Source: Phyllosticta citribraziliensis
Taxonomy: Eukaryota
DNA length: 64,000 nt
Assembly: GCF_038025025.1 (NCBI RefSeq)
Contig: NW_027117338.1
Location: forward strand, 744,001-808,000
Direction: 5' to 3'
Position 1 is the stretch's first letter, and every line of letters begins with the position of its first letter. This document shows, piece by piece, positions 37,027 to 49,838 of the stretch. Made by a program: the position numbers and the translations under genes. Under the pieces are notes generated by a model. It was not told the DNA's origin and ran no database searches. It was given only the letters and a program-made list of their open reading frames with translations.

Positions 37027-37952
37027 CTACATGTAGTAGGTTCGCAGTATGGACGGATGTAGGTGAGCATCCATCTGCCGCCCAAATTCGAATCCTCTGA
37101 TCCATCGCCCAACATGTCTCCATCACAACCCTCAAGTCAACTCTGTATATGCATTCGTGCGAAGATGCCTCATCGATGCGACGCCCGCGACCAGACCCAT
37201 CCAGAATGCCCCAGCGCGCCCCCTTTCCAGTCCAGCCTCCTCTCTTCCCACCTCCCAACCCCTGGAATGCGGCACTGCAGTGCGGTGCCGGCCGGCCGGC
37301 CGTCGTACCTCGCAAACCCATACCCATGCCCATACCCATACCAACCTACCCGCCTCCACGTAGCTACAGACTCCCCTCCCTCCGCTCGCCTCCCGCCCCG
37401 CCCCGCCCCGCCTCGCCTTGCAGTAGTGCTCTCTGTTCCGTCTCGAGTGTTTCAAGTCTGCTGCATGCATGCCTGTCTGCCTGCCATGCGTGTTCCTGCG
37501 GCTCAGCATACCGCACCGTACGTACCGTACCGGCAGTTGGCCGGCCGGCCGCCCGCCCGCTTCGAGAAATTCTAGATCTGATACCAGCTGCCGTCTCTTC
37601 TACATACCAAGTGCGAGATGCGACTCGACTCGACTCGACTGTCTCCGGCCGGGGCCGGACATGAACGCTTCCAGCCGCATAAGGCCATGAGTAGTTTGAT
37701 AGGCATGCGCACGTGCCGACGGTCTTGCCGATTCTCCTCTTGTCTACCTCCAGGTCTAAATATACACACACAAATATTCATCAGCGCACCCAGCGCGCCG
37801 GGGCCGGTGCGAGAACTCTTTCGTCTCTCGAAGGCCAGGGGGGGCGGGGAGGCGACGTTGAGGAATGCCGATAGGATGGTGCGGCGACACACGGTGTTTC
37901 TTCACCTGCCTGGAAGACAACAGGTAGGTAGATACGAGGGCTTGCGCTGGCT

Positions 37953-37979
37953 GAGTGAGTGAGTGAGTGAGTGAGTGAG
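37953..37979 (+). repeat. (GAGT)n microsatellite
   Basis: About 6 tandem GAGT units. Confidence 0.9.
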
Positions 37980-38773
37980 CGGCCGGCCTCAGCAGTTCAG
38001 TCGACTCAGCTTAGCTTAGCTTAGTATGGATGCCTTTGACTGATTGACTGGCTGACTGTCTCATGTAGCACAATCTCAGCCTCGTCAAGGAAAAGGAAAA
38101 GGGAAAGGGAAAGGAAAGGGAGCACAAGAGGGAGAGTGCAGACGGGATGAAGAAGAAGAGAGAGGTACAAAGGCGCGCGGCTGAGACTAAGGCTGGGGCT
38201 GAGAGTATGACGGAGAGGGACAGACAGAGTGAGACGGAGACTGACTGTAAGGCTGAGACTCGGAACAGGGAGCAGACCATGGCTACACATCTTCACTCCG
38301 TTCTATCTCGACGTGTTTCCTCTTATTGCGTATTCGACTTGACGGTAGATAGAAAACAAGACAAACAAAAGGAGAACTTTTCCTACTCTGATCGATAAAA
38401 CGCCTTACTTTTGGTTGGTTGATCTTCTATCAACAGTGAATGGTATGGTGAGTGGTGAGTGGTGAGCGGTGTGCTCAGGAGGGATGGACGTGGATGGATG
38501 GGGCTATTGCTATTTACATGGTACCAGTGGGCAGTCTCGTTCGTCCCTCGGATTGGTCTCTTGCGACAGGATTGATTCCCGCCTGCCTGCCTGCCTGTCT
38601 TGATTATTTTTGCGAGAAGGGGACAGTTCTACCAAAGGCAGGCAGAGTAAACGTTCCAATGAAAAATTCCAGTCCAAAGGCCTCGAAGTCTGAGCGGAAT
38701 CATGACCACTTACGCATATCAGCCCATCTCACATCACACCACATATTATACCATCTCTTACACCCGTCCGTCA

Positions 38774-39920
38774 TCACCTCTCAGCGCCACCAAACTGCCC
38801 CGCCAAGAGACCTCCCAATGTACCCTCTCTCCTCCGTGCCTCAGTCCCCTCACCCGCCGTCGCTCCTGCCCCCATATCCCTCCCCGTCGCGCTGCCCCTC
38901 TCCCTCTCCATGCGCTCCCTCAAGCTCTCAAACTCTCGCCTCGAACCGCCAGCGCCAGCGCCAGCCGCCGCCGCCGCAGCGCTGCCTGGTCCATCGACTT
39001 TGGTCTGCTCGCCGACCATCCAGCCTGGTAGGCGCCAGGTTGACGGCGGCATGGGGAGCGCTTCGTTGCGCCACGCGGCGCCGACAGCCCAGCCGATTGC
39101 CGCGGCGAGCAGCGATCCAGGGACGGCGGACAGCGCGAGTTGGATTGCGAGGAGGTAGTGCCAGCTTTTGTTCGACAGGGTGAGCGAGGCATCGGAGAGG
39201 GAAGGCGAGGAAGCGGCCACGGAGCCATCGGCGGAGGAAGAAGTGTTGCCACCACCGTTGGCAGCAGTGGCCGCGTCCCGCGTTGTCGACGTCGTCGACG
39301 ACGCCGCCGCAAGCCGGTACTTGTACTGCTGGGGAATGGCGGCGTGGTACTGCGCGAGGAGGGCAAACAGGGTGGGCGTCAGGCCGCCGGGGAGGTAGTT
39401 GGCGTGGTTGAAGGTGAGGGGCCGGACGACGAGGGCGAGGAGCAGCGGCGGGAGCAGCGTCGTGTACGGCAACGTCGACAGCAAGAAGGACTAGATGCAA
39501 TCGCGCGCGTCGTCAGCTAGGTACAAGTCGCAAAGGCGCGTCGCTGTTGCGCAAGGCACTCACAGCAAACTTCCTCGACCCCCAGAGCCGCTCAATGACG
39601 CGCAAATGGTAAAACGTCATGGCCGCAAACAAGACCTCCGTGGAATTTGCGTAACAAAGCTGTGTCCCTCATCAGCCAAGCCATCCCCTCCATCATTTAA
39701 TATTATCTTTGCTATCCCTCCTTTGTCCCTCCATTGCTGGGCGCACGCATACCTGCCACGTCAAGACTCTCCAAAACTGCCCGTGGCCCCACAGGTGCGG
39801 CACGACCTGTATCCATAGTAGGTACTGCGAGTCGGTGATGCTGGCTACCAGGGCGGACGCGACGACGTAGAAGACGAGGAACTTGGACACGGGCGCGTTG
39901 GTGAAGCCCGAGGTGAGCAT
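38774..39920 (-). CDS. DSC2: DSC E3 ligase complex subunit 2 (rhomboid-like pseudoprotease, Dsc2/DscB/UBAC2-like)
   Basis: [93 protein letters not shown]. Two introns. Confidence 0.82.
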
Positions 39921-40481
39921 CCTGAGCGCCCGCTGGCTGCTGAATTGAGGTGCGTGGTGGTCGCGCGCGCTTGCCCGTCGTGAGAGCGGCTGTGGGAGGG
40001 GGATCCAATTGGAGTCCGAGGGTCGTACTGGGAACGGTCGGCAGGTCGTGGTGGTGTTTTGGAATAGGTGTTGTTGAGCTGTGTTGTGGACAGCAAGACG
40101 ACCTCCGAGTGACCTGACGTGGGTCCCGCCGCCAGCCAGCTCCCCGCGAGACGGAAGGCCTGACGGAGCTCCCGACCTCCGCTCTGAGCAACAGAAATGC
40201 CGATCACTGACAACAACCACTTTCACATGATCACAGCTGTCAATCATTCACTTGTTGCTTTGTCCTTTGTAGTGGTTGTGCAAAGAAATCTATTAAGGCT
40301 TTTGATGTATCCGAAAGAGCGCCGAACACCACCGTCCCAGCTGCTAGCATGGGATCTACTGTGCTAAGTAAGGGTATAAAAGTCCACCATGTGTTTTCTG
40401 CCATGAACGCCGGCTGAACGTACTCCAAAAGCGAAAAAGAAAAGAGGAGAAAAAAGAAAAGAAAAAGTTTCATCGGCCGCC

Positions 40482-42017
40482 TCATCTTCGCCTCGTCCTC
40501 GGAATCTGATCCACGCCGTCGCCGTCGAAGAACATGTTGCTAGACCGAAAATGCTTCCCCGGCTTGCCAGGCCATTTTGGGTAATGTCCAGGGTGGTACT
40601 CTGTTGGGATGGTAAGGGTTGGCGTGGAAACGTCCTCTTCGGTCGAAGGTTCCTCGTGTATGACTGTAGTGTCGTCCTCTACGCTCGTTTCCGACGGTGC
40701 TGGCAGGTCCGAAGACGACACGCTTTCCGTCTCTTCGTTTGCTCTTCGGTGCGAGGTATCCCAGGTAGATGGAGTCGGCATGTGTCGCGACGAGTTCTTG
40801 AGTTGTCTTGGCGTCCGTGAATGGGGAGACACTGAAGCGCTCCAAGGCTTGGTGCTCGGACTCGAGTCGGTGTCGTCGTTTTGCTCGCCTTCGAGGAACT
40901 TCATGCGCAGCCCGCGAGACCGCTCAGAGCTGGAGGTCTTGTACGACGATACTGACATTTGATCATACTGGGGGGTTGCAGAAAGGCGGCGGAGCCCACG
41001 TGGGCGTCGTTCAGGAGTATGTGAAGTTTGAGGCTCGTCGTCTTGCTCGGCGATTGCAACCACGGATGCTTGTCGGCGGAGCTCGTTCGTTTTGATTTCG
41101 CTCACGGAAATGGTGCGCACGAGCTTGTGGTACCGTCCGCTGAGCTGGCCATTGCGGATGGGTGTCGAAGCGGACCGCTGTTTGCGCGACATTGGGGAAT
41201 CGCCGTTGGAGATTGACTTGGAGGGCGCTCTTTTCGGGGTCCTTGGGCTTTCGAGAGTCTTGGATGTTGAAGCGGCATCAGCGTCGTTGCTAAAGTAGGA
41301 AGAGTCGCGCCGCAACTTGCAGGCGGTGTACTTTTGCTCCAACGCTTGCAGGCGGTTCTCGGCGTCCAAATACATGTCGAGTGCTTCTTTGATGTCGGCG
41401 TCGCGCTTCTCGAGCTCTCGAATGACTTCGCTGTTCATCTTCCACGAGTCAAGCAGCTTTTGCTCTGTATTCAGAACGGATTCCTGAAGCTCCTCGACTC
41501 GCGCGCAGAGATCGGCATTCTCCTCTTCAAGGTCGTCTCTTTCGGCGGCAGCTTCGACTAGCCTCTCAGTCTTTTCTTGCTCGTGCTCCAATTGTTCTTC
41601 CAACCTGTGGTTCTTTTGCTCAATGAGGCGCAATCGAAGCTTCAGATCAAAGTTCTCATTGGTCAATTTGTCCATGGTCGACTGGACGTCTTTTGATGCC
41701 ATGGCAGGGTTTTGATTCTGTGAAGCCGAGCCATTTGGCTGCAAGCTCGAGCGGCGTGCACCAGAGGCGCGGGAACGGCGACGATCTTTTTTGGAGTCGT
41801 CGTTTGCGAAAATGTAGTCGTCCATGGTCGCGACGGGCGTTGGGTTGGAGAGACTGAGAGAGCGCAGAGGTCTGTCGTCGACGCCGAGGCGACGTTCACG
41901 CAGCTTCTGGCGCAAGTAGTCGGACGAGGGTTCTCGAGGAGCAAAGTCGGGGCTGGCGCTGTCGCGCCGAGAAACAAAGTCGGCGTCCAGCGCATGGTCG
42001 TGGTTGGAGTGATTCAT
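40482..42017 (-). CDS. Coiled-coil protein with centrosomin N-terminal motif 1 (CM1)
   Basis: Intronless 511 aa. SKDVQSTMDKLTNENFDLKLRLRLIEQ resembles the CM1 pattern (L..ENF.LK.RI), followed by ~110 aa of heptads and an S/T/P-rich tail. Confidence 0.8.
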   Translation of the reverse strand: MNHSNHDHALDADFVSRRDSASPDFAPREPSSDYLRQKLRERRLGVDDRPLRSLSLSNPTPVATMDDYIFANDDSKKDRRRSRASGARRSSLQPNGSASQNQNPAMASKDVQSTMDKLTNENFDLKLRLRLIEQKNHRLEEQLEHEQEKTERLVEAAAERDDLEEENADLCARVEELQESVLNTEQKLLDSWKMNSEVIRELEKRDADIKEALDMYLDAENRLQALEQKYTACKLRRDSSYFSNDADAASTSKTLESPRTPKRAPSKSISNGDSPMSRKQRSASTPIRNGQLSGRYHKLVRTISVSEIKTNELRRQASVVAIAEQDDEPQTSHTPERRPRGLRRLSATPQYDQMSVSSYKTSSSERSRGLRMKFLEGEQNDDTDSSPSTKPWSASVSPHSRTPRQLKNSSRHMPTPSTWDTSHRRANEETESVSSSDLPAPSETSVEDDTTVIHEEPSTEEDVSTPTLTIPTEYHPGHYPKWPGKPGKHFRSSNMFFDGDGVDQIPRTRRR

Positions 42018-43360
42018 GTCGAAGAAGCAGATTCCGCGTCAAGTTGTCGTGGAAAGAGGTGGGAGGTCGAACAAAGCATTGGGGGAGGGAGGTGGCTGGA
42101 GGGGGTGCAGCGCGGGTGAGATGTCTCATGCAGGGTGATTGAGAGAGGTACGGGAGCAGAGCAGGCACACGTGGGACAGTGTGAATTGCGGCCGCAGTGG
42201 CTGTTGGGGTGCATGCTTGCAGGCGCGACCGCGAGTGGGCAGGGCGACGGTAGATAGAGTTGTGACGCCGTTGCAGGTCGACAGACAAGGCGGACGGATC
42301 GCGACGATCGAGCAAAGCTAAAAGCAGGGCGGAAAGTCGCTCGCCAACACGTCGCTGGGCTTTTGGGGCTCCATGGCGACGAAGTGAGAGGGAGTCTGGT
42401 GGGTGGTATAAAAAAGAACGAAAACAAGCAGCGAAGCCACTCAGGAACAGGGCAGGGAATGTCGGTCGACTAGAGACAGGGACCAGGAACAGACTCTGGA
42501 CCAAAAGACAAAGGGAGCGGTTGTAGCGACGACAAGAGGCTTGGGGTGAGAGATGGCTAAATAGGCTGCTACATGCACTGAGGTTTTATCTGAGCAAGCA
42601 TTGATCCTTAGGCTTAGGGACGCCCTTGCCGCCGCTCCTCCGCAACGAGCGAGGGGAAAAATAATAAAAAAAAATTCGAGCAGTCGGCGGCAGCACAGCA
42701 GCTTTGCGCTGACGCCCTGATGCTACCGGACTCGCTGGTGGTCCGTGGGGCCAAAAGTCGTCGGTGCAGCGCAGGGAACATGGAGACAGGGACGGGAGCA
42801 GAGATCCCCCGCCTCTATCCGCCTCCGGAGTCCCTCCTCCGACTTCGCTTCGCCACCTCTTCGCCTCCATCTTCAGCTCTCTGACAGCGACACTGACAAC
42901 CTCGGCGACCGCATCTCACCTGTGCTTCCTCTTCTCTTCAGCCTGAGCCCGACCCGACCCGACCCCGAGTCTTCGCTCCCTGGAAATCCTTCTGACAAAT
43001 GCCTTCGTGCGACGTCCGCAGCATTCTCCGCTCTCTCCGCAATCTGCATGCTTCACAACACATCTGTCTAGAGTCGCGAGGAACCTCAAAGGAAAAACAC
43101 CAACACCCTCGCCTGGCGGCTGACGTGCATTCCTTTCCCAAAATAACTCCTTCCACCAGCCGAAACACATTAGCGTTGCGCGTCGCCTTGCGTCTCGAAC
43201 TAGTCTCTCAGCTGCCGGTGAGCACGCAGGCCACATGTCCCCCAGCAACGCCCAGTCCAGAACAACACCATGTGCTGCACCCATTCAGATAAGCGGCTTG
43301 CCGCTTTCGTCGCTACCGCACAAATCCTCTTCGCTACACCTGCCTGCCTCCGCCCTGCCT

Positions 43361-44740
43361 CTACGCTGCCGCCAGACGGCCCTCCCACTCCTCCCTGAGC
43401 TTCTCCATCTCCCTCCAGCACACCGACCCTAGCCCCTCAAACTTGTCCCTCTCACCCTCCTTCAGATCCACCGCCCCTCTCTTCCGTCCCTTCTTTCCCG
43501 CGCAGTCTCCCACAATCCCACCAAACCCCCAGCCTTCAACTTCAGTCCTCATGACCCTCTCGTTGCCCATGCGGTCTGTCGCACTACCCCATTTGCCCTT
43601 GCCCTCGCGTCCCTCGACCTGCTCCAGTGTCGATTGCGCCGCCAGCGCGAGCCACACGGCTGAGACAGCCGACGTGTAGGGCTCCACAGTGTGCCATTGA
43701 CTGCCGAGCCACCGCCCAATATACAAGGCGACCATGTACAGCCAATTCATGATCCATGGGAATGGCAAGGAGATGATGGCCGTGTTTACTATGCCTGGGT
43801 GTGACAGGTACATCCGGGGCCTGTTGTCGCTTGTGTTTGCGTCGTCGGTTTCAAAGTAGCGCGACGAGTACGGGCGCGCAGCGGGCGTGTCGTAGGTCAA
43901 TGCGAGCACGTCTGTCAGGCGCTTGCCCGACTCGTACGCCATGTTGCTCGTAAGGCCTTGGAAGTCTTCGAGCTTGAACTCCGACGCGTACGCCTCCAGG
44001 CTCGACGTCCAAATGATGCGGCCAGCTTGGGGCCGCGCGGCTTTGAGGAGCGGCGCGCAGTAATGGCCCAGCAGGTAGTGACCAAAGACATTGGCGCAAA
44101 AGACTTCGCCGAGCGGAGGCTCTGGAGTGCCGCCCGAGCCTCTCTTGCCCTTGGCCGTTGGAGGCGCCGACCCCGTCGGAGGCACCTGAGGGCCCGTCAC
44201 CAACCCGACCGAGGCGATCTTGAAGCCTTCAGGCCAGGTGGTCGAGTGCACCCAGTCTGTCAAGATTTTGTAGGTCGCCCGCCACCAATTGAGGCCCGTC
44301 CACCCGCCAATGCCGGCGTTGCAAATCAAGACGTCGAGCTTGGGTATCGTGTTGCGCAGACGTCGGCCGCAGGCTTGCACCGAAATCAGCGAGCACAGGT
44401 CCAGCATCTCTGCCTGGAACCGTACGCGCTTCTCCAGCACGCTGCCAATCCCCGGCACGCGCTTCTCCGACTTTTGGCACGTTTTGGCCAGGTGTGCCCG
44501 AAGCTGTTTGACCGTGTCATCGCTCTTGCGGCTGCTGCGCGTCGTGGGTATCAGGACGAGCGTATGCGACTGGGGGCGTGTTTGCAGGAATTCGTCAATG
44601 AGCCGGCAACATGTTGCAAGGCCAACGCCACTGCGGATGGAGATTAGCCAGTGAACGAACGAACAAAGTCAGACAAACCTGTTGGCACCAGTCACGATGG
44701 CGTAGAACGTGTCGTTGGGGTCGAGTTGAGAGCTCTCCAT
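43361..44740 (-). CDS. ERG27: 3-keto-steroid reductase (ergosterol biosynthesis)
   Basis: YAIVTGANS|GVGLATCCRLIDEFL, LIPTTRS, LDVLICNAGIGG, GEVFCANVFGHY, IIWTSSLEA, YESGK, HPGIVNT, PYTSAVSAVWLAL, KWGSATD. One intron near the 5' end. Confidence 0.95.
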
Positions 44741-47700
44741 TTTTTGGGCAGGGTAGGGGATGGGTCGCCGTCAGCTTACTACCGAAAAGGCGAGCGGGTG
44801 ATCGACAGATTAGAGCACCTGCCACCACCGCGGAACACACTCCGCCCTTCCGAACTTTTCGTCCAACACCATTGCCATCATTTTGTGATGACAGCACCAC
44901 CCGGCAACTTTGTCCCCGAAACTCTCTTCCCTCCACACACGGCTCAGTGAATCGCAGCCGCTTTGTTCGGCCGTTTCTATGCGCTGCCTCTGCGTCTGGA
45001 TATGCGGCATCGCTGCAAGCCAGCTTCAGCTCAATCGTGGCCGTCGACATTTTCGTTTCGACCTGTGTGGAGCTTGCCTGTCCACTCTGTTGTTCTCGTC
45101 GTGTTTGGGGTCTCTTTCGCTTCATGTCGCCATTCTTTGCTTTTTACCGGCCTTCAAAGTCGAGCAACCCATGACCAAGCCAACAGTCGAAGGAAAATTT
45201 TGGCGTCTCAGCTCTAATCGACTCTGGCAACTACCTCGCTCACTCTGCAATATGTTTGCTTCAGGTACCTTCAGATGCATATGAATTTGGTGCTCAGCGC
45301 CACAGGCCGCCATTTCAAGCACGAATGTGTCATCGACAAGTGACACTGCAGACTAACGACGAAACGGCATGCCCTTGTGCAGGAACATGCTGTGCGTGGT
45401 GTGAGTGGCGTTCAACCTCTGCTTTGACCTTCCCACTGTTCGGCGCAGCTTGCCATCTGATCCAAGCCTGTGGATTGGTGAAAAGGGAGCGTACTCATTT
45501 CGAGCGCAAGCTTTGAGGGGACTTGACCATGGAATTCGGTACTTGGATCCTTAGAGCTGCAGAATTCCACAGCTCCAACGTACTCGACGACCATCTCAAC
45601 CCTCTTGAATGCGCAATTTGCGACAATGTGGTGAAGACTCGGGCACGCCATTTGACCAAAAGCAAAGACGCATTGCAGATTCCGCGTCATGTGGGCCTGA
45701 ACATTCCAGCTTCCACGAAATCATGTCTCCGTTGAACTGTACAGTACTCTCGAACTCCAGGGAATTCTGAAAACAGCGCAAGTGACCCCCTTCAAGACGA
45801 CTGGCCCATCATTTGTCAGACACCCTCTTGCACACCGTTCTCGATATCATCTCTTTCCGTTCTTGGCTCTGGCAACAGCGAGGCAGCCCATGGAAAGAGA
45901 CAAGATGTGCGGTCACCAGAGCGGATGATAATCAGTAAGAGACGGGACAGTTTTGGTCACATGTAGGATTTTGACATTGCCTTTGCCAGGACAAACCCGA
46001 AACAACCCCACTGTCGTTTTCCAACCGTTTGGTACATCGTCATCTGCCTTCTTTCAGAATGAAGCTCTCTACATGACCCGCACTCTCGCCACGTATCACA
46101 ACACACGCAAAAAGCCAAAAGCAATGGTCGATTAGATTACCAGCTCCGCGATCAACGGGCAGAAGAGCTACGCTAACCGATCTGTGAGACTTGTGCCATT
46201 ACCGCAATTCGAGCCGGAACACCCCTCCCGTCGACTCGATTTGATCTGGCCAGCATGCATAAACACCGGTGTGTGTACATACAGATTACATACGAAGAAG
46301 CAGAAAAAAGGAACAATGCCATCATTGTGACAGCGACCATGCTGGTCCCCGCCAAGAGATGACGTATCACAAGGAACAGACGGCGCTGCCACCCATATCA
46401 CAACTATCCCCTGTCTCTCCCACAAGGCGAGCACACAAAGTCTGGTACGTGCAACGTTCAACGACGATGCTGCAAGCGGGCGCGTTTCCGACGGCAGGGG
46501 GGCTGTGCATATCATCGCATCGCCAATGTACATACGCATGGTCCCGGGTCCGCGAAACATTTGACGCAGGTGGACAGACAGACGAGACCACGACCAAAAC
46601 AAGCAAGGAGAAATTGGGGGAACGGAAACAATCCTGGGCGCGATTTTTGTCTCCAGCGGTTTCATCGTCCCGTGTGCTGCAATTCTCCCCGTTACACAAG
46701 GACCAGAGACTGAAATGTCCGGTCCGGGCTTCTGGTTGCGTGTTTATTTGCTTGCTCGCTTGCTTGCAGGCGTACGGATACCTACATACGTGCCTCTAGT
46801 CTCGAACCCCGGTTCCTGTTCCATGGACCGCAACGAAAAAAATTCAATCGCCATCTTTCAGACCAACAGACAGCTTCCAAGCGCCGCGCACCCTTGACCG
46901 CGTGGCACGACTTCACAGAGCTCTCAATTCGAAGCCAGCACCGCTCACATCATGGGAGCACCAGACAAGTGTACCCGCTCCTGGCAAGAACCCCTGCTTG
47001 CCCCCTCCCTCGACGGTCCAACTCCGCCTGCCCCACCCCCTCCCCCTCCCCCGCCTATTCATCCAGGAGCAGGTGTTCCAGCAAGTCGTACAGGTCACAG
47101 GTCGCACGCAGACCACAAGTGCCCAAATCTAGGGCCCCACAAATCAACTCACTCACCACCGACCGCGCCATCGCGAGCACCCGAACATCCGATGAGCCAA
47201 CCCGCCCCTCCCTTTGACTTGGCTACTGCTGTGCGATATTTGTATGTACTCGCTCGCGTATGGGCATATGTAAGTACGCATGCACAATGCGCTTGCGTGC
47301 AGTGTACGCATGTAGAGCAGACCAGGCTGGACCGGGATAGAACAACACCATCGCATGGGTAGGGTGCGCACTGTGCCGTATGTACATACATGGCTGCAGT
47401 ATTCGATGGACCCTGGGGCTTGTGGGCTTGAGTTGAGTGCCTAGGGAAGCGGCCGATAAGCAAGCAAAGAGACTGTGGCCAGTATGTAGCCATGTCGAGC
47501 TCCATTCGTGATGCATGTCCAATGGTAGTTACTCTTGCTCCCACCATGCTTGTTGAGCACAGCGCCCCCTGGTGGACGACGGCCTGACAAGCAGGATTCT
47601 GTCCGTCTTGCGTCCTCTTTTGCTCTTTTGTCATGTGGTGGGTGTCTCGCACGTCTCTACCCGCCTTCTACTCCTCTTTCTACGGCGTCCAAGTCCTTTT

Positions 47701-49838
47701 TGGCTTCTTCGTCTTTCACAATTGCGCTCTTAATGTCCGCGACGAGGATGATAGGCTGACGAGCTGTCTGTCTCCAATCCTCAGCATCTCTGTGTAAGTG
47801 TGTAGGTGGTGGTCATCATCTGGGTCCTTGGCTTAACAGGGATCGCCGAGGTAATGCTCACCCCACGCCAATCAATCACGACCGAAGAAGAGCGAGAGAG
47901 AGAGAGAGAGAGGTTTAGCATAGAATCGCAAGCATGACAACAAACCTTCAACGTCAGCATCATCGATCTATGCGTACCTTTCCTCTCCCCTTTTCCCCTC
48001 CTCCCTCCCTTTGTCACACATCCATATCCCGATCGCGCACGAGTCAGCCACCGCACTCCGCCCAATGCAACATCCATCCCGGCCCGGCCACTCCAACACC
48101 ACGCGCAAACAATACCCAGAACGCGCATACCACATAATCTGAATGTCATTTACTTATCATCCGAATCAACCCAGCTGGTCATCGACAAAGCCCGCAAGTC
48201 GGGGCCCCGCCATCTCATCCCTCCTCCGGGGCCAACAACAACAAACACCCCTCGGTCGGGCCAAGCTTTCCCTTTTCGCCCATGCGTTTGTATTTTGCCA
48301 GCCAGCCAGCCACATGAAGGCGGCGGGAAATAGTCGTGCACGTTTTGTCTCGCTCCCGCTCTACTACGCCTCTCTGTCCCTCCAACGCTACACCTCCGCT
48401 GTATTTTATGTTTCGGGGGGACGGACTAGATTGATGTTGTTGGTCGGGTTCGTGTTCGTATGCACCCACCCGCGTCGAGGTAGGTGGTCAGGAAGGAAGG
48501 AAGGGAAGGAGGGAGGGAGGTCGGTCGTGGGAATAAGCGGTTGTATGTGGCGTTTGCATTCGGACGGGGAGCAGGGTTTCGGCGGTTGTGTACCTCTACG
48601 CTTGTAGACAGACAGATAGACATGTAGACAGTTTACGGCAGAGCTTGCAAGAAGGAGGGGGGAGAAGAGTGGGATACAAAATTAATGGAAAAGCTTGCTG
48701 GACATGGAAGAGGGTTGAAGAACTGCTAATAGGAGGCGCGGTGGATCATTCTCTTGATTTGTGACTGCTTCGTGTTCTTCTTCTTGTTGTTCTTGTGTCT
48801 CTTCTTGGTTGAGCTAACCCTGCACGCGACACCAATTTCCGTCTCCGTCCATCGTTGCTTGGTCGTTCGTATCGTGTGAAGGATGAACGAGGGGGAGAAA
48901 TGGGGAACAGCATGCAAGAAAGCTGTGGGATGTAATGGAGAATTCAATGTAAAGGAAAACATGACGCTGCCATACGCCTCCTTGCACCTCAAAAGCAAAT
49001 ACCCCCGGCCAATCAATACCCGGAAAGCGCCGTCCGCAATGGAAAAAAAAGTCAGAGGATAATAAAGGAGTAGAAGGAGAAATGGAGTGTGTGAGAAAAC
49101 AATGTCTGTTCCTGCCAAACAAATTCCCACGTTTGCCATTGGCTGCCACTGTCGCTAACACAGATATGCTACAGTCTGCTTCTTGGCGCTCTGCTCAATG
49201 AAGCAGATGGCGGGCACAACCGATCTCAAGGAAAGAAAAAGATAATGAAAAGATTAAAAAGATTGGACTCGCCATGCGTTTGACTTGGGGATGATCGGCA
49301 ATGCAACAATGTTGGCAGTATTAGTGGCAGCGGCAGCGGTGGCGAAGCAGCCGATAGGTGACGAGGGAGAGACAAGAAGCATGGATGCGGCAAGGCATGG
49401 CAAGGCGGCGGCATCAAAACGCAGCCCGCACGGTTTCATGAGCCCTGCCGCCGCGCGGCCCTGACTCTGCCCTGCCTGCCTGCCTGCCTGCCTGGCTTGC
49501 CTGGCCTGGTAGATGGATGGTGACACGGCAGAGGCAATGCGTGACAGACGTTTCGTGCAGATGCAGCCGCCACCACGCACGCCATCTGCCTCTCTGTGCC
49601 AGATCGAGACAGGTAGGCCGGCCGGCTGACTGGCTGGCAGCCTTCAGCTGTTTTGCTCGTTTCTGGGGCGCGAGTCCCAGACGCGTCTCGATGGAAGCTT
49701 TCTCTTTAGGCCAGTTGTGCAGACAGGCAGCGAAAGGGATGTGTCATCTGCATCTGTGCGCGATTCAAGCTGCCGCTGGGGAGGCGACGCAAAGCAAACC
49801 ATGCATGCATGCATGCATGCAAGCAAGCGGGGCTCGCC

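Noticed and set aside
37027..38770. ORFs in the gap between the convergent TFIP11 and DSC2 genes
   Set aside because: Dominated by microsatellites and purine/pyrimidine tracts; translations are low-complexity artefacts.
46785..46825. GGGTTCGAGA on the minus strand resembling a tRNA T-loop/B-box
   Set aside because: No T-stem pairing, acceptor stem or D-arm.
47655..47870. Exon-like minus-strand segment PIILVADIKSAIVKDEEAKKDLDAVERGVEGG* after a GTGAGC…CAG intron
   Set aside because: I could not link it to a start codon or a credible upstream exon; left unannotated.
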